NCBI GenBank assembly: GCA_963804955.1
Contig: CAWDSQ010000020.1
Coordinates: forward strand, 1 to 64,000
Source: an uncultured delta proteobacterium
GTDB lineage: Bacteria; Desulfobacterota; WTBG01; CAIYCZ01; CAIRTM01
DNA length: 64,000 nt
Reading direction: 5' to 3'
The position numbers were made by a program, and so were the translations under genes. This document shows positions 55,141-64,000 of this stretch, in pieces. The stretch's first letter is position 1, and every line of letters begins with the position of its first letter. The notes under the pieces were generated by a model, which searched no databases, was not told where the DNA came from, and saw only the letters and a list, made by a program, of their open reading frames with translations.

Positions 55141-58100
55141 ATGAAGTCGACATTGGTGAAAAAATTTTTTACAACAGGTACACTATTTCTGGTTTTCATG
55201 TTTGTGCTAATCTGGCTAATGCGCAGACAACGACTATACGTGCCGGATAGCAGCACACCACTACCACAATTTCAGCAACGTTGATGATTTCGGGAATGCT
55301 TGTAACACTGCGCAACCGGTGTCTGTCAATGCCACGATAAGCGGTGCAATAAATTATGGTGGTGATTATGATTACTTTGTAGTGCAGGTGCCGGCGTTTG
55401 GAGCACTGAGTGTGTATACAACAGGATCTGCCGATACTTTTGGTTTTTTGTTGGATGCAGGCTGCACTGATTCCAATGATCATATTTTTGCGCAAAATAA
55501 TAATTTGGCTGAAGCACAAAATTATAATTTTGCAATCAACAAAAACGTTCCAGCAGGCACATATTACATTGCAGTACGGCTTTCTGCTTCCGATAGCGTT
55601 GGCGCATATACGCTGCATGTTCACTTTAATCAGGCAGCCATAACATCAGAGCTGGTTGATTAACAGGGTAGCGGGCAATGGGCAGTATGATTATACTGGC
55701 GATGGTTTACAAGCTACTGAGGCAGCGTTTCGTAATCCATTCAGTATTGCCGTTGACAGTTCGGACGCTTCTTATATTGCAGATTGGGCTAACAATAGAA
55801 TCCGCAAAGTTGCATACAATGGAACGATTACAACGGTTGCTGGCGGCGGTATGTATAATAATAGTGATTATACCGTTGCAGGCAACTGATTTCATGCTTA
55901 ATTATCCTTCCGGCATTGCTGTCGACCTCTGGAACAATATTTATATTGCAGACTCAGGCAGCAGGATGATTTTTAAAGTCGATGCTGCAACAGGTACTAT
56001 CGGCCTTGTTGCGGGTGGAGGCACCAGTGAGGACTGTAATTATACAGGCCCGGCCACAAATGCCCTTCTGTCTGGTCCCTGGAGTATCGCTTTAGACAAT
56101 TATGATAATATATATATCGCAGATTACGGCTGCGGCTGTGTGCGTAAAGTTGACGAACATGAAACAATCAGCACTGTGGCGGGGGGCGGAACGCCTCCCG
56201 ACGGACGCGGTGATGGCGGTTCAGCTACGGCTGCAGCGCTTTATGGGCCCACTGGCCTGGCCTTTGACAGCGACGGAAATATGTATATTGCAGACTGGGA
56301 TGACAAACGTGTACGCAAAGTTGATGCGCTGACACAGTCTATTACGACGATTGCAGGGGGTGGCACACCCGATGATGGCCTTGGCGATAACGGGACGGCA
56401 GCAGCGGCAATGCTGAATAATCCTTCCAGCGTTGCAGTTGATAATACTAACAATATCTACATTGGGGATGTCGGTAATCAGCGTATTCTAAAAGTCGACG
56501 CAATAACAAAAAAAATCAACACTGTTGCGGGTGGAGGCCTGGTCAGTGATATCAACTATAATGGTCCGGCATTGGCCCCATTCTTTTTTCCTGATTCGGT
56601 TGCTCTTGATAGCCAGGGGGGTATACTCATCGCTGATTCCGGTAACAGTGTTATCTGGCGCATGTATCATGGGTGCATCGACAACGATGGCGACGGCTAT
56701 GGAGTTGGATCAGAATGTTTTGCAGTTGACTGCAATGACAACGATGCATCAGGACATCCCGGCGCACCGGAAATATGCTACAACGGCCTTGATGATAACT
56801 GTAACGGGGAGTTTTCTGAAGGCTGCGCGACGTGGTATAGGGATGCGGACGGTGACGGTTATGGCAATGCAGCTGAGACGATGGCAGCAATTAGCCAGCC
56901 AGAGGGGCATGTGGCAGACTCCACCGATTGCGATGACACCAGCGCTTCGGTATATCCGGTGGCAACGGAGCTGTGCAACGGAATTGACGATGATTGCAAT
57001 GGCCAGATTGATGAGACCTGTGCCTGCGTTGACAACGATGGCGTATACGCTATGGCCGTTACCGCAGGCTGGCCCCGACTGTGACGACAGCAACGCCGCG
57101 GTCCATCCGGGCGCCACGGAAGCGTGCAACGGCATCGATGACGACTGCGATGGCCAGATCGAAGATACGTGTTCTTGTGTTGACAACGATGGCGACACCT
57201 ATGGCCATAATTGCAGCGCGGGCCCAGTTGTGACGACAACAACGCCGCTGTCCATCCGGGCGGCCACGGAAATCCGCAATGGCATTGATGATAATTGCGA
57301 CGGTTTGATTGATGGTGGAGATACTGATGGCGACGGCCTTTTTGATCTTTGCGGCAATTGCCCTTCTGCCGTAAATCCGGAACAGCAGGACAGGGACTAT
57401 GACGGCGTGGGAATGCATGCGACAACTGCCCGGACACCTGCAATCCGCTTCAGTTTGATGTTGACTCTGACGGCACAGGCGATGTGTGCGACACGACACC
57501 CGGTTGCGGCGGCTGCGCGAGCAAACACCTTGTGTGCATGATTGCTCAACTTTTGATTTTGATAAAGACGGCATCAGCAACAATGCTGATAATTGCCCCG
57601 GCAGTGCCAACACCTCTCAGCAGGACTCGACTCTGACGGGGTGGGTGAAGTGTGCGACAGCTGCCCGACAGCATCAGATCCGGATCAGCAGGACAGCGAT
57701 GTTGACGGTTTTGGCGATGTCTGTGACAATTGCCCTGCAGTTGCAAAACCCGCACAGCGGACTCGGATTATGAAGGCGTGGGGGATGCCTGTGACAACTG
57801 CCCGGAACCTGTGTAATTTTTTACAGAAGGATACAGACAGTGACGGTGCCGGCGATGTGTGTGATGCTTCGCCCAATTGCGGCAGTGGATGCGGCCAGAC
57901 GCCCTGTGAAACCGATTGCACAGCTTCCATGGGGCCGCTGCCTGTCATAGCCATACTGTCGCCAGTTGAGAATGCCACAGTCGGTTTAACAGCTCTTTAC
58001 CGTTGCCGGCCTCTGTTTAACGCTGTGCAGGTTGATGTTAACGGTGTGCGGGCATTTATTTCCGGCAGCTTGTTCACGGCAAGTATTCCTGTCAGTGAGG

Positions 58101-61100
58101 GCATCAACTCAATTACCGCAACCGCCACGGATACCTATGGCCGGCCGGTACAGGCCGGCATAACCGTTACAGCCGGTCAAATCCCCTATTTTATTGAAAC
58201 AATAAGTGATCTGGTTTTCAACCTGCAAGTATAGCTGTCGAATACGGAGGGCGTTGCTTATATTGCCAATGGCAATGGCCACAGGGTCCATAAAATAGAT
58301 CCTCATGACTTAACCCAACCCTTATTACGGTTGCAGGCGCCGGCACAGCAGGATATAACGATGACGGCATACCGGCCCTTTCAGCGCAGCTTAACAAGCC
58401 TACCGGAGTTGCAGTAGACGTCTCCGGCAATATCTATATTGCGAGACAGCGGAAACAGCCGTATTCGCATGGTTGATACTGCAAATCCCCCTATCATTAC
58501 AACAGTTGCCGGCAACGGTGTTTTCGGGGCTTGCGTCCCCGGGCAGTAGCGCAACCCTCAGCCCCCTTGCCAATCCCGTAAGAGTCGCCTCTTGATTCAA
58601 ACGGCAATATCTACATATCGTGTTACTATGGGATGTGCGATGAGGCGCGGGTGCTCAAGGTCGATGAGCAACAAGAATTATTTCAGAATTTGCAGGAAGT
58701 GGTTGTCGGCAAACGGTTCATGAATACTTGTGAACTTACGAGGCCAATAGGCTTGGCGGTTGATGCTTTGAACAAGCGTCTATGTCAGCCGACCCCGCCA
58801 ATCTCTGTATCCGTCAGAAAAGCCAGGAGGATTTTTTTACACAGGATGCGGCCGGACATTATATTTATATGGGATCTTCAACGTGACTATCGATATACCT
58901 CCCAACAGTGAAAGCGGTGATGGGTTACCGGCGACAAGCACCGGGTCTCTCTCAACGAACCCAATGGTGTTGCCGTTGATGCTGCCGGTAATATGTACAT
59001 TGCGGACACCATGCACCATACGATCCGCAAAGTTACCGGCTTCGAGCGGTATTATCAGTACCATTGCGGGCACCGGTGCGCAGGCAGCAGATACGGAAGA
59101 CGGCTTCGCAACTGAGGCTCCGCTTAACAGGCCTACTGATGTTGCCGTAGACGACGCAGGAAATGTCTTTGTTGCAGACTCCTATAATAACCGCATCTGC
59201 AGGCTTTCGCTGCCATCATCGGGCACGGTGCTGCAGGGAACCGCGCGTGACGCCGCCACCGGCCTGTCGCTGCGGTGTTATCCTGTCCGTCATTTCCTCC
59301 GGCATTTCATATACGGCGGTCAGCGGCGCTGACGGGTCGTTTGTGTTCTCCGGCATCATGCACGGCAGTTACACCCTTACCGGCCTCAAGGATGGCTATC
59401 TGCCGAAAACCGTTTCAGGCGCCATCACGGCCGGAGCTACACATACTATTGCCGTTCAGATGGAACAAACGAGCGCATCACTGACCGTTGCCATCACATC
59501 GCCCGGCGATGGCGCCACTATAACATCGGCATCCATCACCGTTACCGGCCTTGTCTCGTGCCCTGCCCAGGTAACGGTCAATGGAGTCGAAGCAGCCCGT
59601 CAGCAACAACACCTTCAGCGCGGCGATTACGCTTGCCGAGGGGGTTAACACCATAACCGCAACCGCCACGGATACGCTTAATCAAACCGCAACCGTTCAT
59701 ATTCAGGTAACGGTTGTCACAAAAGGGTCGCTTGCCGGAACGGTTACCGACAGCCAAACCGGCCTGGCCCTGCCGGGTGTTACGGTAAGAGCTACCGATG
59801 CCGGCGGCGCCGTCCACCAGACAATGACCAATGAGCTGGGTTTTTATGCATTTTCCGATGTGCCTGCCGGCTCGATCACCACCAGGTTCAGCAAGAGCGG
59901 GTATATTGGCCAATACAAACAGGCGGTGATAACCGCCGGCTCTTCAACCACGGTGAATTTGCAGCTGGCTGTAGCCCCGGCATTAACCATTACTATTGTC
60001 CAGCCGGATGATGGCGACACGGTTACGTCACCGTTTGTTACCCTGATGGGCACAGCCAGCAATGATGCGGACGTCGCCATCAATGGGCAACAAGTAGCCA
60101 GCATGGCAACTATCTTTTTGTGTGACCTTGTGCTTCATGCGGGGGTAAATATTCTCACCATAACCGCTACCGATACGTATGGCCAGACAGTTACTATATA
60201 TTTTACGATCAATTATATTATTCCGCAAACACAAGTATACTTGTCCCGCGTCTGAAACCACTATTCTCATCGGCTCATCAGTAACTCTTTCATGGAATTC
60301 GTATTATGCTGGAGAGTGTGTGCTGCAACCCGGTATTGGCGTTGTAGCAAACTCGGGCTCAATCACTGTCAGCCCAACAGAAACGACTACTTACATCATG
60401 TATGCTACCGGGCCGGCCGGTACGGCAGCCGACAGCGTTACGGTGTATGTCATACACCCGGTAAAACCAACCGTAACGCTCAGTTCAACACCGGCAAGTA
60501 TTGCCCCTGGAGCTACCGCAACCCTGTGCCTGGATCTCAACCGACGCACTGTCCTGCGCCATAGCGCCGGGTATCGGTACGGTTGATCACCATGGCTCGA
60601 TACAGGTAGCACCTGCTGAAACCACCACCTACACTATTACGGCAACCGGGCCGGGTGGCGAATCAGACCCGGTAAGCGTTATCGTTATCGTAGCCCAGCC
60701 CGCGCCCACAGTAACTTTAGCCGCTTTACCGGAAACAATTGCGCGGGGACAGTCAACAACACTTACCTGGACCTCAACCGATGCTGACTCCTGTGTCATC
60801 GACCCCGGCAATACTGCCGTGGGGTGCAACAGTTTCGCTACAGTAACGCCCAATAATACAACCACCTATACCATCACGGCGACAAACGCCATGGGTTCTG
60901 CTACAGCAACCGCCATGGTAATTGTTATTGTGCCCCGCTCCGTGCAGATAACCTATCCGGCAGATAATGAACGTATCAACCGGCCCGACACGCTGGTGCA
61001 GGGGTCGGTGGAGGGATTTACCGGCAGCGATATCGGGGTAACGGTAAACGGTGTGGTGGCGCATGTGTACGGCACCGAGTTTGCGGCAAATCATGTGCCC

Positions 61101-61781
61101 CTGCAGGAAGGAGACAATAACAGCATAACCGCCTTTGCCGTAAATGATTCCGGAGACAATGCAACAGACGCGATCAATGTGCGCGCAAGCACAGCAGGTA
61201 ACCATATAACCCTAACTGGCAGCCCATCCTCGGGCATAACGCCGCTTGAGTTTACGATGAATCTGACCAAAACCTATGCCGGCACGACATATGCTTTCAG
61301 CTATACAGGCCCGGGCGCAGTTGATAACATGGGTGATAATGCCACAATCATGGAGTTCAAGCGCCGCGTAGCCGAACCGGGGCTGTATTATATTACCGCA
61401 GAGGACAATGAAACCCTGGACAACGGCACGCAGATACTCCATACCGACACCATGGCTATCATGGCTGATAACCGCACCGCGTTGGATGCGAAGCTGAAAG
61501 AAAAATGGGAGGGGATGAAAGCCGCATTGTCACAGAGTAATATAAATAATGCGATAAGTTGGTTTGATAATTCTACAAAAGAAGGTTATACGGAGGCTTT
61601 TACAGCCCTTTTTTCACAGCTTCCTCAAATCGCACAGGATTTAAGTAATATACAATTATTGGATATGCAGAACAGCAAAGCGCAATATGATATCCGGATA
61701 TTCAGAAGCGGGAACGAGTTTTCGTATTATCTGGTGTTTGTAAAAGACAAAAACGGAATCTGGAAGATAAAGGCATTCTAA
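55141..61781 (+). CDS. Giant secreted multidomain protein (~2,200 aa if reframed; many frameshifts): PPC-like, NHL repeats, MopE-type metal-binding repeats, thrombospondin type-3 repeats, Ig/carboxypeptidase-regulatory domains, C-terminal globular domain
   Basis: Signal-peptide-like start; NHL units (PTGLAFDSDGNMYIAD); four DCxDxxAxxxPxAxExCNGxDDxCxGxxDE-type units; DxDGxGDxCDNCP units; L.EG.NTITATATD units; C-terminus ...VFVKDKNGIWKIKAF. Confidence 0.75.
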
Positions 61782-61808
61782 ACATTCAACCATTACAGTG
61801 GTGCCCAT

Positions 61809-62459
61809 ATGAAAAGGTTAAAACTAAAACTGACAGCTATCCTGCTGGGGGTAATGATTCTCGTTGGTTTATGCTCACTGGTATATGAAAAGAGCTGGTT
61901 GTTTTATTACAAACCCGCGTTCAAAGGCAGGCTGGTTGACAATGAGACCAAGGAGCCGCTAGAGGGGGTGGTAGTGGTGGCGATATACGGGACTTCACCC
62001 TGGTTCTGTCTTGGCCCGGGGGGGTGCTCCGGGTCAATAATACATGTGAGGGAAACCTTAACGGATAAAAACGGGGAATTTTCTATACCTTCTTATATTG
62101 GGATCATCCACCCGTTTGATTATGAGGGTGATACTGACTTCATTATTTATAAGCCAGGGTATGGGAGTTTTGACAATTTGTATACGTTTAATATTTTCCC
62201 GATTCAATATCGGGGTATTATGTACTGCGGCCCTTCCTGGCTGTTTTCACAAGAACGCACGTATGGAGAAAAAATAACACTTTCGAAAGAAGGTGCAACC
62301 ATCACCTTTACCTTCGGAGAGGCGGAACTGCCAAGGTTAAAGACAAAAGAAGAAAGAAGAAATGCATTAGTGAGTGGGTATGTGTATGATTTTGGCCCAA
62401 AAGATTTGCCTCTTTTAAATGGGGCAATAAATGAGGAAAGAAAAAAGCCTATTTGGTGA
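61809..62459 (+). CDS. Membrane-anchored protein with carboxypeptidase-regulatory-like (transthyretin-like) domain
   Basis: N-terminal TM, FKGRLVDNETKEPLEGVVVV, TLTDKNGEFSIP, IYKPGY. Confidence 0.75.
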   Translation: MKRLKLKLTAILLGVMILVGLCSLVYEKSWLFYYKPAFKGRLVDNETKEPLEGVVVVAIYGTSPWFCLGPGGCSGSIIHVRETLTDKNGEFSIPSYIGIIHPFDYEGDTDFIIYKPGYGSFDNLYTFNIFPIQYRGIMYCGPSWLFSQERTYGEKITLSKEGATITFTFGEAELPRLKTKEERRNALVSGYVYDFGPKDLPLLNGAINEERKKPIW

Positions 62460-62492
62460 TTAACAATTAAAAAAAAGTTAAAAGGATCTATT

Positions 62493-64000
62493 ATGAAAAA
62501 GATACTATTTATAGTTGCAGGAGTGTTTATTAGCTTTCCTGTGTTCTGTTTTGCTTTGAATGTAGATTCTCACAAAAAAATCAACGATCATATAGCTGGA
62601 GCAACTATCAATGGATTTTCGTTAGGTTCTTTTTTAAGAAACCAATTAGATATGCCAAAGGGAAATGATACTAAAATGATGAATAGTGATAATAAAACGG
62701 TACAAGATTGGCTCTCAGACGGTGGAGTTAAAGAAGATAATCCTTACTGGCTTATGACACTCGTGCCAGTGCGGGCGATGTATCATTTTCACGATCCATT
62801 CAACGAACAGGGGTGGGCCGGGAAGGAGTCTGCGGTGTTCTGGACACAGGAGGGTATAGGTCAGCAATGGTATGGGGGGTATTATTCATGGTTTGATGTC
62901 AGGCAGTACTATTACGATGCTTTAATTGAAGAAGACAATGCTGCAAGAGATGTAAGTTTTGCTGAAACCTTCAGGGGTCTTGGTCAGCTCATGCACCTTG
63001 TGCAGGACATGTCTGTGCCGGAGCATGCCAGAAATGATTTTCACAACCCCTCAGAATATGAAGAATGGGTAAAAGGAAGTACTGGCGGCACGGCGCATGT
63101 TAATATTGGCTCGTATACGCCGCATTCCTTTGACTGGGATTTATTGCTTTTGGACAGCAAATTTATCAGCAGCGCTCCGGTGCCCATAGCAAATCTTTTT
63201 GATACCAATCAGTACGAGGGCAGTAATCCGAATCCGGATATTACAATGGTTCAGGGAATTGGACTTGCAGAATACACGAATGCTAATTTCCTCAGTCCTG
63301 ATACCATTTTTACTGGCTATCCATATCCTTCCATAACCACCAGCGTTGAGGTAGATAATGATACCATCACAGACCCTCGCGACCCCTTCCGGCAGGTTTT
63401 GCGGCAATACTATAAAAAAATTGCAGATGGTGATACCGGCTACCGGCTGGCAAACAGGCCTTTACTGTGTGACTATGCTTTAACTCCGGTTCCGCCGGAG
63501 GGTTGGGCATATAATCTGCCGGTTTTTGATGATAATGTGTACAGGGATTATGCCAACAAACTTCTGCCCTATGCTATAGGGTATTCTGCTGATTTACTGC
63601 ATTATTTTTTCCGTGGCAAGCTTGAGATATCCCAACCTTCACGGTTTGTGTATTCAATACTAGACGGCAGTCAACCCTATAAGGTGTTTCATTACATTCA
63701 GGCAAAAGTTAAAAATGCATCGCAGACCAATGGCACATTTGAAGAAATAGGTGGCGGCACTCTTGTCGCTGTAGCAAAATACCGGCTGCGAACAGATACA
63801 GACCCGTATAATCCCGACTTGTCAAAAGACCCGCCGACCGATGCTTCCCGTGATTCTAAATTTTCATACTCTGTATCTGCTCCAAAGGATATTAATTCTT
63901 TGCCGACCAGCGGTGATGGTGAAGAGTTTGAATTTGACTTTTCGCTTTCCCCCATCCCTGCGGGCATTACCGACCTGTATGTGCAGGTGGTGTATCAGGG
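62493..64000 (+). CDS. Secreted Zn-dependent phospholipase C / P1-nuclease-fold protein (3'-truncated; absent from ORF track)
   Basis: Manual translation is open to the window end: signal peptide MKKILF...CFA, then LNVDSH, GVKED, HFHDP, LGQLMHLVQDMSVPEH, FHNPSEYEEW, GLAEYTNANF, LLHYFFRG. Confidence 0.8.
   Translation, partial: MKKILFIVAGVFISFPVFCFALNVDSHKKINDHIAGATINGFSLGSFLRNQLDMPKGNDTKMMNSDNKTVQDWLSDGGVKEDNPYWLMTLVPVRAMYHFHDPFNEQGWAGKESAVFWTQEGIGQQWYGGYYSWFDVRQYYYDALIEEDNAARDVSFAETFRGLGQLMHLVQDMSVPEHARNDFHNPSEYEEWVKGSTGGTAHVNIGSYTPHSFDWDLLLLDSKFISSAPVPIANLFDTNQYEGSNPNPDITMVQGIGLAEYTNANFLSPDTIFTGYPYPSITTSVEVDNDTITDPRDPFRQVLRQYYKKIADGDTGYRLANRPLLCDYALTPVPPEGWAYNLPVFDDNVYRDYANKLLPYAIGYSADLLHYFFRGKLEISQPSRFVYSILDGSQPYKVFHYIQAKVKNASQTNGTFEEIGGGTLVAVAKYRLRTDTDPYNPDLSKDPPTDASRDSKFSYSVSAPKDINSLPTSGDGEEFEFDFSLSPIPAGITDLYVQVVYQ

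Noticed and set aside
56680..57900. DNA repeat array or CRISPR in the giant gene
   Set aside because: The repeats are degenerate at DNA level and conserved at protein level (MopE-type and TSP3 motifs).

Overview
This is a 64-kb chromosomal window from an anaerobic Desulfobacterota-like (deltaproteobacterial) bacterium; the lineage is inferred from gene content and the tmRNA tag ADDYNYALAA. Most of it is housekeeping or metabolic backbone: tmRNA, crotonase/thiolase, purL-purQ, recG, radC, plsX, an Opp-type peptide ABC transporter, a TRAP transporter, larE-like/mnmA, an M16 peptidase pair, TPR/LolB-like genes, glgC, nfeD-stomatin, tRNA-Phe, purA and tRNA-Lys. Many genes, including essential ones, are split by single-base indels, most likely long-read consensus errors. 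The accessory highlights are: (i) a redox/iron block with a CTG-start ferredoxin, a multicopper-oxidase remnant, a 7-heme lipoprotein cytochrome and a sigma54-type promoter before ferritin; (ii) a ~1.1-kb integrase-less higBA module between ~170-bp direct repeats that include the tmRNA 3' end; (iii) a TA-flanked MITE nested in 9-bp repeats; (iv) an orphan amidase plus MamK-family actin pair with no magnetosome genes; (v) a cyanophycin synthetase-ABC exporter-DUF1854 operon after tRNA-Lys; and (vi) a three-gene secreted module at the right end: a ~2,200-aa NHL/MopE/TSP3/Ig protein, a membrane-anchored carboxypeptidase-regulatory-like protein, and a Zn-dependent phospholipase C/P1-nuclease-fold protein that the ORF track missed. 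All family assignments come from motif recognition by eye, not from database searches.
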